Below are positions 1 through 10,091 of a stretch of DNA of 64,000 nucleotides, in pieces. This stretch comes from Lysobacterales bacterium. GTDB taxonomy: Bacteria > Pseudomonadota > Gammaproteobacteria > Xanthomonadales > SZUA-5. The notes beneath the pieces are model-generated. The model searched no databases. It worked only from the letters and a program-made list of their open reading frames with translations, and had not been told where the DNA came from. How positions within the stretch are numbered: position 1 is the stretch's first letter; every line of letters starts with the position of its first letter. A program made the position numbers and the translations under genes. The DNA is taken from the NCBI GenBank assembly GCA_022844165.1, contig JALHMH010000015.1:40529-104528 (forward strand), written 5' to 3'.

Positions 1-688
1 GCTGTGAAACAGCCGCTAGAGCGCCGGCGTCGATGCGACCTGACGCGCGATAGAAGCGGGCGTCCGGCTGGGCTGGGTAAAACTGTTTGAGTGACACGCC
101 GCGCGCGGCTAGCGTGCCCTGCAGCGTTGTCGGTGAGCCAGAGTTGAACAACAGAAAGCTTGCGTCTTCAATCGGCCCATTGCTGCTGCGCAAGTTCGGA
201 TCGATTCGCAGGTCGCCGCCGAAGGCTGCTGCGCCGCGAATCATCGGTTGACCGTCCAGCGCAGCGATGGATGCCCCGTCGGCCCAGACGAGATAGGCGT
301 TGTGCGGATAGTACTGAAGCGGCAATACCTCGGCAGATTCCAGGGCCTGCGTCCAGGCGGCGCGCGCCGGGCCATCGAATTGCACCAGAAACAACCCTTG
401 TGCGGCGGATTTGTCAGCGAGGCGCGGTGCGGTCATGGGCACTTGAACAGAACCAACTCGCACATCGTCGCCAGCGATCTCGACAATGATCCCGCGACTA
501 CGAAGTTTGGCGATCGCGGCTGGTTCCAGCCGCGCCCAGGAAAAGCCTCCGTGGTCTTCGACTCGTTCGACGTACTCGCCCAGCGTGGCGATCGTTTCGG
601 GTGAGGCATGGACACGCACGGCGATCGGGTCGGCAAGAGCGGCTTGCGCAAGAATGGCGCCGAGCGAAATGACGGTGAGACGATTCAT
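1..688 (-). CDS. Secreted S8 (subtilase-like) peptidase, N-terminal part; runs off the window's left edge
   Basis: Manual translation (not in the ORF track): MNRLTVISLGAILAQAALA signal peptide, then LFLVQFDGP...LQYYPHNAYLVW, typical of large S8 peptidase propeptide regions. Open to base 2; the catalytic domain is not visible. Confidence 0.6.
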   Translation of the reverse strand, partial: MNRLTVISLGAILAQAALADPIAVRVHASPETIATLGEYVERVEDHGGFSWARLEPAAIAKLRSRGIIVEIAGDDVRVGSVQVPMTAPRLADKSAAQGLFLVQFDGPARAAWTQALESAEVLPLQYYPHNAYLVWADGASIAALDGQPMIRGAAAFGGDLRIDPNLRSSNGPIEDASFLLFNSGSPTTLQGTLAARGVSLKQFYPAQPDARFYRASGRIDAGALAAVSQ

Positions 689-840
689 TGGAGTTTCCCT
701 GGGAACGGTCGAAACAAGAGAGTGCTCGCGGCGTCGAAGTTGCGCCAGGAACTTCTTTGGCTGGGCGCGAGCGACCGGTAGAGTGCCAGGGGCAGCCATC
801 GGACGGCAAGTGCCGTTGCAGCAAGCTCGCTTACGCAGCG

Positions 841-1632
841 CTAACTTGTGCCCCGCTGCAAAATCAGTTCCAGAACGAACTTGCTACCGAAGAACGCCAG
901 CAGCAGGACGGCCATGCCGGAGAGCGTGAATCGCACCGCCGTGCGTCCGCGCCAGCCGAAACGCCAGTGGCCGAGGATCAGGGCGCCAAACACGAGCCAG
1001 GCGATGATCGTGAGCACGGTTTTGTGCACCAGCTGCTGTGCCATCCAGTCGTCAATGAACAGCGCGCCGCTCAAAATCGTCAACGTCAGCAGCGCAAAGC
1101 CCGCGACAATCATCTGAAACAGCAAATTCTCCATCGCGATCAGCGGCGGCAGCGCGCGCAGCGCAGGGCCGAAGCGCTTCTTGCGCAGACTATGTTCTTG
1201 CCACGCAACGATGATGGCCTGCAGTGCCGCAATACTCAGCAACGCGTAAGCCGACAGCGCGATGGCCACGTGCAGTCGGATTTGCCAGCCGTTTTCGTGA
1301 TCGTGCGGCGCGCCTGGCAGCCAGGCACCGGCCGGTGCAGCCAGCAAAGCGATCGGCCAGACTGCGACCAATAGCGGCCGCGTGCGTTCCCGCAACCCGG
1401 CAACCGTCATTGTTGCGGCCATCACAAAAGCGACCAGCGACAGCATTCGAAAGAAGCCAGTGCCGTCGGGTGCACCGATGGGGCCGAATAACAACAGCCC
1501 ATGGAGCACGCCGGCAGCGGTTCCGAAATAAAGTGCAGCCAGCGACGATTCGCCGCGCAGACCGCTGCGGATCAGCAGTGCGGTGCCGAAGGCGTAACCG
1601 GCAATCAGGGCGAGAGTCAAGGCCAGGAGCAT
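841..1632 (-). CDS. Cytochrome c assembly (CcsA/YpjD-like) inner membrane protein
   Basis: Multi-TM protein with LHVAIALSAY, LPPL..ME, HKTVL..IAW and GWRGR motifs; start chosen at MLLALTL. Confidence 0.85.
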   Translation of the reverse strand: MLLALTLALIAGYAFGTALLIRSGLRGESSLAALYFGTAAGVLHGLLLFGPIGAPDGTGFFRMLSLVAFVMAATMTVAGLRERTRPLLVAVWPIALLAAPAGAWLPGAPHDHENGWQIRLHVAIALSAYALLSIAALQAIIVAWQEHSLRKKRFGPALRALPPLIAMENLLFQMIVAGFALLTLTILSGALFIDDWMAQQLVHKTVLTIIAWLVFGALILGHWRFGWRGRTAVRFTLSGMAVLLLAFFGSKFVLELILQRGTS

Positions 1633-1803
1633 GCCGGGATAATAGGCGGCGAAGGCAACCCAGCGCGATGCCAATTTGCGGTGATCCATGGCATCGCCCT
1701 GGAGCAGAAGTACGGCTGCCGGCGCCGACTGCGATCATGCAAACCGCTCAATCTGTGCGCGATTGGCGGCGCAACAGCACGTTCGACGGCTATTCTTCGC
1801 GCT

Positions 1804-2682
1804 ATGTACACCCAATGCCCAAGCTGTATTACTGTCTACAAACTTCAGGCCGAGTCGCTGGCGCGGGCGCGAGGGCGATTCCGTTGCGGGCACTGCGGCG
1901 AGGTGTTCGACGGGCTCGAGCGTCTGGTCGAACGCTTGCCGGAGGAGGGTTTTATCGATCTGCCGGAAGAGTTGGCCAGCGCCACGCCTGTCGTGCTTGC
2001 AGTGCCGGCGATGCGCCCAACGCGACAGCCCGCCCTGGATTTGCGCGCCTCCGAGCCGGAGACGCGCCATGCGCCAAAGTGGAGTAGCGACTGGACAGAA
2101 GCGGTGCGCGAGGCAAGGCCGCCGTCCAGACCGACTCCGCAGGCGCATCGCCCGGAGCGTCACGAAGCGGCGCCGAGTCGTCGCGGTTGGTGGCTTGGAA
2201 GCGCCGCGTTGACTTTGGCATTGGGTGGGCAGATTGCTTTTGCCGAACGCGAGTTTTTGCTACAGGATCCGCGAACGCGGCCGATGCTCGATCGCGTTTG
2301 TGCGGCAGTGGGTTGTTTGTTGCCGATGCGCGAGTCGCTCGCCGATGTTCGACTGGTGTCGCGCGAAGTGCGGCCACACCCGGACGCGCCGAAAGCGCTG
2401 TTGATCAGCGCCAGCATGGTCAACGACGCAGCTTTCACGCAGGCATTCCCGATCGTCGAAGTCACTTTGTCCGATCTGTCCAATCGGCCCATCGCACAGC
2501 GTCGTTTTATGCCGATGGAGTACCTGGCTGAAGATGCCAGCATGAATCGCGGGTTCCCGCCTGGTTCGACGACACCCCTGGTGTTTGAGGTGGCCGATCC
2601 GGGGCAGTCGGCAGTCGCTTTCGAGTTTCGTTTCCTCTCCGAGCGCCCGGTCCCGGCGCGGGTGCTTTTGTCGTGGCCATGA
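1804..2682 (+). CDS. Zinc-ribbon (MJ0042-type finger) + DUF3426 protein
   Basis: MYTQCPSC...RCGHCGEVF N-terminal finger, central TM, C-terminal C..GC..P and AVAFEF. Confidence 0.85.
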   Translation: MYTQCPSCITVYKLQAESLARARGRFRCGHCGEVFDGLERLVERLPEEGFIDLPEELASATPVVLAVPAMRPTRQPALDLRASEPETRHAPKWSSDWTEAVREARPPSRPTPQAHRPERHEAAPSRRGWWLGSAALTLALGGQIAFAEREFLLQDPRTRPMLDRVCAAVGCLLPMRESLADVRLVSREVRPHPDAPKALLISASMVNDAAFTQAFPIVEVTLSDLSNRPIAQRRFMPMEYLAEDASMNRGFPPGSTTPLVFEVADPGQSAVAFEFRFLSERPVPARVLLSWP

Positions 2683-2802
2683 CAGTTGTCAGGTGCGCAA
2701 GCTGACGCAGCGCACTCTTCGCTAGAACAAGCGCCGGGCAAGCTGTCCGCAGGCGCCAGAGACGGTCGAAAAATGGAAGCAGCTGCAATCACTTCGAGAG
2801 AT

Positions 2803-3867
2803 ATGAAACTCTGGCGCAAAGCCAATCTGGTCTATCTGGTCTTCGCGTTTCTGCCGCTGGCGCTGAGCCCGTCGCTTCGAGATTCGGCCCTGGCGTGGTC
2901 GGCGACGCTGATTGCGATTGTGTTGTTTCTGCCGCTTTACTGGGTGAGCTACACCCAGCCTGCGCCGCGGCAGTTGCTCGTGTGTGGCGGCATTGCGCTG
3001 ATCGGTCTTGCGCTGACGCCATTCAACTACGGTGGCAATACCATTTTGATTTACGCCATGGCCGCAGCGGGTTACGGTCAGCCTGCGAAGCGTGCCGTCG
3101 CGATCGGTATCGCGATCGTGCTCGCCTACGCAGCGGTGTTGCAGTTCTCCGGTCAGCAGCTGTTTCCGACACTGATGCTGGTACTGATCGGCGGTTCGGT
3201 CCTGATGGGTGCCATCCTGGGCACTGCGCAAGAGCGCCGCAATGCCGAACTGAAGCTGACCCAAGAGGAGGTCAAACGTCTGGCGAGCATGGCCGAGCGA
3301 GAACGCATCGGTCGCGATTTGCACGATCTGTTGGGACACACGCTGAGTTTGATCGCAATCAAGAGCGAGCTGGCAGGAAAACTGATGTCCCGCGACCATG
3401 CCAGTGCAGCCGCGCAAATTGCCGACATTGAGACGATCGCACGCAAAGCACTGGGCGAAGTGCGCGAAGCGGTGAGCGGCATTCGCGCCACCGGTTTTGC
3501 CGCCGAGCTGGCGGCGGCACGACTGAGTCTGCTGAGCGCTGGTGTGTCACTGGATACGAAAATCGACCAGATGCCGGCGCTGGCCAGCGAAATCGAATCG
3601 GCGCTCGCGATGAGTCTGCGCGAGGCGGTGACCAACGTGGTGCGGCACGCGGCCGCAGGTCGTGTCGAAGTTGAAATCGAATCCTCACCGCGTGCGTTGT
3701 TGTTGTCGATTAGCGATGATGGTCGTGGGGCAGCCATTGCACCGGGTAACGGATTGACAGGCATGCGCGAACGGCTGGAGAAACTCGGTGGGCAATTAAG
3801 CGTCGATAGCGTCATCGGCGCTGGCACCCGATTGCGCATCTGGCTGCCGACAGCGGCCACAGCATGA
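2803..3867 (+). CDS. DesK-like sensor histidine kinase (HisKA_3)
   Basis: TM N-terminus, ERERIGRDLHDLLGH, EAVTNVVRH, DDGRG, GNGLTGMRER; start could be 2773. Confidence 0.92.
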   Translation: MKLWRKANLVYLVFAFLPLALSPSLRDSALAWSATLIAIVLFLPLYWVSYTQPAPRQLLVCGGIALIGLALTPFNYGGNTILIYAMAAAGYGQPAKRAVAIGIAIVLAYAAVLQFSGQQLFPTLMLVLIGGSVLMGAILGTAQERRNAELKLTQEEVKRLASMAERERIGRDLHDLLGHTLSLIAIKSELAGKLMSRDHASAAAQIADIETIARKALGEVREAVSGIRATGFAAELAAARLSLLSAGVSLDTKIDQMPALASEIESALAMSLREAVTNVVRHAAAGRVEVEIESSPRALLLSISDDGRGAAIAPGNGLTGMRERLEKLGGQLSVDSVIGAGTRLRIWLPTAATA

Positions 3868-4469
3868 TGCGCATTGTGCTCGCCGAGGATCAGGCGATGG
3901 TGCGCGGCGCGCTGGCGGCGTTGTTGACGTTGGAAGACGACATCGAGGTTGTCGCGCAGGCCGCCGATGGCCTTGAGGCTGAGCGTTTGGTGATGGAGCT
4001 CAAACCCGATCTGCTGGTGACCGATATCGAAATGCCTGGTCAATCCGGGCTTGATCTGGCGCGGCGACTGCGCGAATCCGGCAATACGACCCGTGTGGTG
4101 ATCGTTACGACATTTGCGCGTGCGGGTTATCTGCGCCGTGCGCTCGACGCGGGCGTGCGCGGATATTTGCTGAAAGACGCGCCATCGAGCCGGCTGGCCG
4201 AGGCTTTGCGCGATGTCCATAAGGGCGGACGCGCGATCGCGCCGGAACTGGCGCAGGACGCGTGGCGCGAGGACGCCGATCCGCTGACCGATCGTGAGCG
4301 CGACGTCCTGCGATTGGCGGGCGAGGGCTTGAGTTCGTCGGAAATCGGCGAGCGTTTGCATCTGTCCGCGGGAACCGTGCGCAATTATTTGAGCGAAGCG
4401 ATCAGCAAGTTGAACGCGAGCAATCGCATCGAAGCGCATCGCCTCGCGCGGCAGCGTGGATGGCTTTAG
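3864..4469 (+). CDS. DesR/NarL-family response regulator
   Basis: REC domain (LAEDQ, TDIEMP) + LuxR HTH (LTDRE...GTVRNY); ATGA overlap with the kinase. Confidence 0.93.
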   Translation: MMRIVLAEDQAMVRGALAALLTLEDDIEVVAQAADGLEAERLVMELKPDLLVTDIEMPGQSGLDLARRLRESGNTTRVVIVTTFARAGYLRRALDAGVRGYLLKDAPSSRLAEALRDVHKGGRAIAPELAQDAWREDADPLTDRERDVLRLAGEGLSSSEIGERLHLSAGTVRNYLSEAISKLNASNRIEAHRLARQRGWL

Positions 4470-4474
4470 AGCTC

Positions 4475-4876
4475 ATGTCGGGTATTCGCGATTTGCCAAC
4501 GCTGTTGCGCTCGATGTCGCCGAAACACAACGCCGGCGCCTATGTATTCGCGTCTGTCGCGGCCCTTCCGCCTCAGGCCATTGCATCCATGCGCGAAGCG
4601 GAGGGCCTCTCGGTGGTGCTGCCCGAGGCGGTAGCGAATGCACTTGGCATCGAATCGGGAATGCGCTGCGCCTGGATTACCTTGACCGTAAATTCGGCGC
4701 TTGAAGCTGTGGGCCTGACGGCAGCCGTGGCGTCAGCGCTCGCTGCTGCCGGCATTGCGTGCAACGTCATTGCAGCCATTCACCACGATCACCTTTTTGT
4801 GCCGTTCGAAGAGGCCGATCGAGCCCTGCGAATACTGCAAGATCTGAGCACCGCGTCGAATAGCCCTGACGCCTGA
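4475..4876 (+). CDS. ACT domain-containing protein (DUF2241/ACT_7-like)
   Basis: LLRSMSP, EAEGLS, SALEAVGLTA, CNVIAAIHHDHLFV. Confidence 0.85.
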   Translation: MSGIRDLPTLLRSMSPKHNAGAYVFASVAALPPQAIASMREAEGLSVVLPEAVANALGIESGMRCAWITLTVNSALEAVGLTAAVASALAAAGIACNVIAAIHHDHLFVPFEEADRALRILQDLSTASNSPDA

Positions 4877-4999
4877 GCATGGCCCGGTCATGCAGATCGC
4901 TGCGAGCCGACGACATGCGAAGATTCGGCGAATTTCTGTCACGCGATAGACAAACCTCTGCAAGACTCCCAACGTCTCGAAGTATCCAGGAGGACGATC

Positions 5000-6940
5000 A
5001 TGACTTTGCGTCTATGGCGACGGCTGATGGCAGGTTGCGTTCTACTTCTTTCGCCAACGACGTTGATCGCGGCGGACCTGACAGCGATGACGCCAGGAGG
5101 TACTGAGTTCTTGCATCCGGCCGGCTGGCGACTCGAGCCATCGGAAGACATCGCGATACTGACCGCGCCTGAGGACAACGCGCGAATGGCAATCGCGCAG
5201 GTTGAAGCAGAGTCGGCCGATGCAGCGGTCGCCGTGGCGTGGGCGTTGTTGGGTGTGTCGCATACGCTGGACGAAGCGACCGATCGTGACGCGCGATTCG
5301 GTTGGACAGTGATGCGTGCCTACCGGTATCGGTCGAAGGGCGAGTCGGATCGGTTTGTCCAGGCACTCGCCATGCGCCAAGATGCGCATTGGTCGGTGCT
5401 GCTGCTGGATATCGCAGCGGCAACGATGAGTCGACGCGAGAAGCAGGTGACGCGATTCATCCAGAGCGTTCGCGCACCTGGCTACCAGCCGCCGACGTTA
5501 CGCGACCGCAAGCACAGAGTTCTGTCGAAAGCCGATGTCGCGTCATTGGTCAGTTTCCTCGACGCTGCGCGCGAGACCTTCGGCATTCCCGGCATTGGTC
5601 TTGGGATCGTGCAAAACGACAAAGTGCTGTTCGCGGGCGGTTTGGGCGTCAGGCGCATCGGCCGGCCCGAAAAAGTCGATGCGCGTACGCTGTTCCTGAC
5701 CGCGTCGATGACCAAACCACTGACTTCGCTGCTGCTCGCCAAACTGGTCGACGGCGGCAAACTGAACTGGGCGACACCTGCCCAACAGGTGTTGCCTGCT
5801 TTCCGTGTCGGCGATGCGCAGTTGTCCGAAAAAATCGAAATTCGCCATCTACTGTGTTCTTGCACCGGCATTCCGTCTAAAGATATGGACTGGATCTTTG
5901 CTGGCGACACGATGGACGCCAATGACGTGCTGCGCATCTTGGGCGAGATCAAACCGGTCGCAGGTCATGGCGAGTTGTACCAGTATTCGAATCTGATGGC
6001 CGCCGCAGGGGGCATCGTCGGTGGCCACGCCGCCGATCCGAAGCAGCCGCTGGACGACGCTTACGATGTGGCGATGCAGCGTCTGGTCTTCGATCCGCTC
6101 GGCATGCGTGCCACCACTTTCGACGCAAAGAAAGCGCAGCGTGGCAATCATGCTCGGCCGCATGGCACGACGATCGACGGTGAAACCACCGAAGCAGCGA
6201 TGGGTTTCAATGAAGCTGGTCACGCGATGCGCGCCGATGGCGGCGCGTGGAGCAACGTTGAGGACTTGCTCAAGTATTTGCGCATGGAGCTGGCGAGTGG
6301 TCGGCTGCCGGGGGGCAAACGCTATATCGCCAAAGTCCAACTGGATGAACGGTTGAAGCCGCAAGTTGCGAGAGGCGGTCCCGAGCAGTGGTACACAATG
6401 GGTCTAAAGACGGATCGTCAGTTGGGCATTCTGCAAGTGCTTCACGGCGGCAGCATGGCCGGCTACCAGGGCGAAGTCTTTTGGCTGCCCGAATACAATG
6501 CTGGATTCGTGCTGTTGATCAATGCCGATGCTGGGGGCCTGCTGCGTTCGCCGTTCGCGCGGCGCTTTGTTGAGATGCTCTTCGATACGGATCTTGGTGC
6601 GCGCAAGGAAATGGCGGACTTGCCGCAGATCATCGAGCGAGAGCGCGCGGAGTATCGCAAGGAGATGATTGTCCCGCTCGCGGCTATGGTCAGCGCCAAT
6701 CTCGCGGAGCGTTATCGCCATCCAGAGCTGGGCGACATCGTAGTGGTAAGGCGCGGCGTCGCAACGGAGCTGAATTTTGGCGGATGGTCGTCCGCTGTGG
6801 CGTCAGTCACCGATGGCGAGCGTGTTTTTGTCGAGACGATTTCGCCGGGCGTATCGGGCTACCGTTTCGAAGTTCGCCGTCGCCAGCTGGTTCTGGACGA
6901 CGGCGAACGCGAATACATCTTTGCTGCCGAGGAAAAGTAG
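5000..6940 (+). CDS. Serine hydrolase, beta-lactamase/AmpC-like family, secreted
   Basis: Signal peptide; SxxK (ASMTK), YSN and HGG motifs; AGGAGG RBS. Confidence 0.88.
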   Translation: MTLRLWRRLMAGCVLLLSPTTLIAADLTAMTPGGTEFLHPAGWRLEPSEDIAILTAPEDNARMAIAQVEAESADAAVAVAWALLGVSHTLDEATDRDARFGWTVMRAYRYRSKGESDRFVQALAMRQDAHWSVLLLDIAAATMSRREKQVTRFIQSVRAPGYQPPTLRDRKHRVLSKADVASLVSFLDAARETFGIPGIGLGIVQNDKVLFAGGLGVRRIGRPEKVDARTLFLTASMTKPLTSLLLAKLVDGGKLNWATPAQQVLPAFRVGDAQLSEKIEIRHLLCSCTGIPSKDMDWIFAGDTMDANDVLRILGEIKPVAGHGELYQYSNLMAAAGGIVGGHAADPKQPLDDAYDVAMQRLVFDPLGMRATTFDAKKAQRGNHARPHGTTIDGETTEAAMGFNEAGHAMRADGGAWSNVEDLLKYLRMELASGRLPGGKRYIAKVQLDERLKPQVARGGPEQWYTMGLKTDRQLGILQVLHGGSMAGYQGEVFWLPEYNAGFVLLINADAGGLLRSPFARRFVEMLFDTDLGARKEMADLPQIIERERAEYRKEMIVPLAAMVSANLAERYRHPELGDIVVVRRGVATELNFGGWSSAVASVTDGERVFVETISPGVSGYRFEVRRRQLVLDDGEREYIFAAEEK

Positions 6941-6984
6941 CAGTGGCTCGCCGCAAACTGCTCGAGCGGCGAGCGCAACCTCCA

Positions 6985-8766
6985 CTACGGCGCGCTGATC
7001 GTGCAACCCGTGCGCGGCACAAGGTTGACCACGCGACGCGGCTCGCTGACAAAGCTGCCGATGCGATAGCCGATCAGAGCCTCAGAGCAACTCAGGAACC
7101 GCACCGTTAGCGTGCCCACATCGCGAGTGACCGTCGGCGACGGTTGCCCGAAGGCGCCGCCCGTGCTTTCGTACACACTCAACACCGCTTCGCGATTGTC
7201 GAAGCCGCCCGGCTGAGCGCACACCGAGGAACCAACTTCGGAGCGGCAACTATCCAGTGTGTACCACAGGTGGCGACCCGTGCCATCAGCGGCATAGGTG
7301 TACCAGGCGCCGACCAGACGGTTTTGACCCGGAATGGCGTGGAAGCTCCAGCCCTGACCGTTAATCGCCGGATTAAACCAAAGACCGTCTGCGCTGGTAT
7401 TGACGTTTGCTTCCAGAGGCACATCGCCGACGGGAACGGCCACGATGCCGAGCGGCTGGTTGATGCCATCGCCCACGGCGTACGCCGTCGCAATCGCCCC
7501 AGCCGGCAGATTCAGGGGCGCCAGGTCGATCAGATTGGCGGCGCCGTCAGGCGTTGCCACTTTAACATCGAGCGTGCCCACGGGGAGCTCCAGATAGCCG
7601 CTGGCCGCGCCGAATGGAACGTTCGAGAGCCCGGCCACGACATCGCCGCCGTCCGTGCGAATCGATACGGCCGTGCCCTGCGGCGTGTTGGCGAACGGGG
7701 CGGTGTGCGCGATTCGCAGCGCATACGTTCCCGCCGGCGGTGTGGTGGTGCGGTCTTCAAAACGCTGCAGCGCGAGTGGCTGCAGTGACCCATTGCCGAC
7801 AGCGGCAAGGGTGTAGCTACGGTTGCCGTCCAGCTCGACAGTTCCGCTGATGGCTGCCGACGTCGACCCCTGCGGGAATACCTGAATGGCATAAGCGCCC
7901 TGTGTCAACGTGAGCTCCGGCGAAAACTGCCGGAATCGAAAATTGTTCAATATCTCATTGCCGTTCACAGTGACCCGAACGGCTGTGCCGGCGAGGGTTT
8001 GAGCAAAGGGTGCAAAGTGAGCAACGCGGACTTTGACCGGACCGATTGCGAATGTGGGTAGGGGATTGCTCGGCGCGGCGCCAGTGGTAATGGCGGTGAT
8101 ACCAGTCGAGTAGCCATTGGCGCCGCCGGTTGCCACCAGCGTGAAAATGCGGCCTGCCGGTAACGACACGGGCTTGGGATCGATCAAGGTGGTGTTGCCA
8201 TCGGGTGTGGCGATTCTCAGATCGTAGCTGGCCGCGGGCAACGTCAGATAGCCGCTGGCGCCACGGAATGGGACACGGGCGAGGCCGCCGACCACGCCAC
8301 CTGCGTTATCGCGCACAGAAACTTCGGTCGCCGCCAGTGTGTTGGCAAAGGGCGCCGCATGCACCACGCGGACTTTGACCTGGCCGGCTGGCGGTGCGGC
8401 GTTATCGTCGGTCAGTGGCAGCAGGGCCAATGGCTGGTTGCCACCGTCGCCCACGGCAAGCACGGTGTAGTCGGTATTGTTGGCAAGATCTACCGAAGCA
8501 CTGATCGCGACCGTCGTCGTGCCAGAAGGTAGAACTTCAATGGTGTAACGGCCGGCTGGGCCCAGCGTGAGGTAGTCCGTGAATTGTCCGAACACGACAT
8601 TCTGCAGCGCGACCGCGCCGTTGACGCGGATGCTGACGCTGGTGCCCTGCAACGTGGGGGCGAAGGGCGCGAAGTGGCCCACTGTTACGCGGGCGTTTGC
8701 GAGCACATCGGTGCTTACGGTGGCCAGCGCGATCAATGCGCCAGCTGTCCATCGTTGATAGTTCAT
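6985..8766 (-). CDS. Secreted DUF4397-repeat protein with a C-terminal beta-rich domain
   Basis: Signal peptide; four repeats of (V/I)xH(F/A/T)APFA; C-terminal DGLWFNP..GQG...WYTY. Confidence 0.75.
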   Translation of the reverse strand: MNYQRWTAGALIALATVSTDVLANARVTVGHFAPFAPTLQGTSVSIRVNGAVALQNVVFGQFTDYLTLGPAGRYTIEVLPSGTTTVAISASVDLANNTDYTVLAVGDGGNQPLALLPLTDDNAAPPAGQVKVRVVHAAPFANTLAATEVSVRDNAGGVVGGLARVPFRGASGYLTLPAASYDLRIATPDGNTTLIDPKPVSLPAGRIFTLVATGGANGYSTGITAITTGAAPSNPLPTFAIGPVKVRVAHFAPFAQTLAGTAVRVTVNGNEILNNFRFRQFSPELTLTQGAYAIQVFPQGSTSAAISGTVELDGNRSYTLAAVGNGSLQPLALQRFEDRTTTPPAGTYALRIAHTAPFANTPQGTAVSIRTDGGDVVAGLSNVPFGAASGYLELPVGTLDVKVATPDGAANLIDLAPLNLPAGAIATAYAVGDGINQPLGIVAVPVGDVPLEANVNTSADGLWFNPAINGQGWSFHAIPGQNRLVGAWYTYAADGTGRHLWYTLDSCRSEVGSSVCAQPGGFDNREAVLSVYESTGGAFGQPSPTVTRDVGTLTVRFLSCSEALIGYRIGSFVSEPRRVVNLVPRTGCTISAP

Positions 8767-9065
8767 GGTCGTCTCTTCTTGTCATGTGGGGGTCACGATC
8801 CTGCTGGTTAGCAGAACTGGTTCGGGCGAAAACCAGACTGGCTAATCCTCAGGCGCTCGTGCAGCGCAGGCCGGCGTTGGTTCCAACCTGTGACGAAGCA
8901 TGAAGAGTCGGGCATCAAAGCCCGATGCAATTGAGATCAATTGCGTGTGGGGTTTTCGTGCCGCAGGTGTCGAAGACAGGTTTGCGTTCTGTGAATCTGT
9001 ACAGCGCCATCAGTCGCGCGCGTTGCAGAATCGAACAGCGCGTTTCGAATACGCACGAGACGCGG

Positions 9066-9581
9066 CTATCGCAGCTCCCGTGCTCGCTCGTACTCGGGTT
9101 CGGTGGCATCGGCGCTGGTGTCGATCCAAAACTGGCAGTGCCGAATCTGCACGGCAAAACGTCCATGGTAGGTTTGATCCGGGGCACCTGGAGTGATCAC
9201 GCGCAGACGGTAGAAGCCCGCGTCGCTGCGCATATTTCCTGTGGCGATCGATACGGTGCGCTTGAAATCGAGATCGGCACGCGCGCCTGAGCTGGCATCG
9301 CCCATTCCCAGCGTTGCAAACAACTCAGCGAAATGTGCGCCGATGGCCTTGCGGCCTTCGCGCAGTATCGGGTCGGCGCCGGAGTAAAGCTCCTGATAAA
9401 TCGCATCCGCCGTATACGCACGAGCGGCCGCTTGTGCATCAGCAGTGCGGTAGGCATCGCGCAGGACCAGGTACGGATCGCTGCTGCAGGCTTCGTTGAG
9501 TGAAACGGGCGATGCGTCGGTCGAGGTTGTAAAAGCGGTCGCAAGAACAATAATGCAGACTGCCGTTGCCCTGAGGTTCAT
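9066..9581 (-). CDS. Secreted NTF2/SnoaL-like protein
   Basis: Signal peptide; AY...DA.AAARAYTADA...GRKAI..HF pattern. Confidence 0.6.
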   Translation of the reverse strand: MNLRATAVCIIVLATAFTTSTDASPVSLNEACSSDPYLVLRDAYRTADAQAAARAYTADAIYQELYSGADPILREGRKAIGAHFAELFATLGMGDASSGARADLDFKRTVSIATGNMRSDAGFYRLRVITPGAPDQTYHGRFAVQIRHCQFWIDTSADATEPEYERARELR

Positions 9582-9650
9582 GGCGTGGGGTGTCGGTTCG
9601 GAGGGGCCATATGATCTGCATGATGTGTGCCAGCCCAAGCTTGAGCGGTT

Positions 9651-10091
9651 TCAATGTGGCTGCGCCAACAAACGCCAACCCCAGGCGGTGCCAAGGATGG
9701 CCAGGAGCACGAACGCCGTCGCGAGAGCGAACCCGATTCGACTCATTCGGGCAGCCTCTGAGCCGCGCACAACGGGCATATCGTGCATCAGGCGAGCGCC
9801 GCTGTGCGGATAGCGTTGCTCCCGGTGCACGCGCCAGGACGAGTAGCCAATCGATACGCCCGCAGCGGCGCCGACCAGGCCCAACAGGCACAAAGCCAGG
9901 CGCACCAGGGAGTAGAAGCGCTCCATGGCGGTGTCCAGTTTGCCCGATTCAATCCCGAAACGAATCGCAGCCAGCTCCCACTGCAGATACAGCAGCGCTA
10001 CGACAGCCAAAGCACAAGTACCGGCGGCAATCCAAAGCAGGCGTCCCTTTTGGCGAGGATCTGCGCGATGGATTTCGCCGGCGTCCATCAA
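9651..10091 (-). CDS. Hypothetical membrane protein (3 TM)
   Basis: Three hydrophobic segments; ATGA overlap with the upstream nitrilase stop. Confidence 0.65.
   Translation of the reverse strand: MMDAGEIHRADPRQKGRLLWIAAGTCALAVVALLYLQWELAAIRFGIESGKLDTAMERFYSLVRLALCLLGLVGAAAGVSIGYSSWRVHREQRYPHSGARLMHDMPVVRGSEAARMSRIGFALATAFVLLAILGTAWGWRLLAQPH

Noticed and set aside
160-604. Plus-strand ORFs at the window start
   Set aside because: The minus-strand frame from 688 has a signal peptide, an RBS-like sequence and peptidase-like motifs, and explains the region better.
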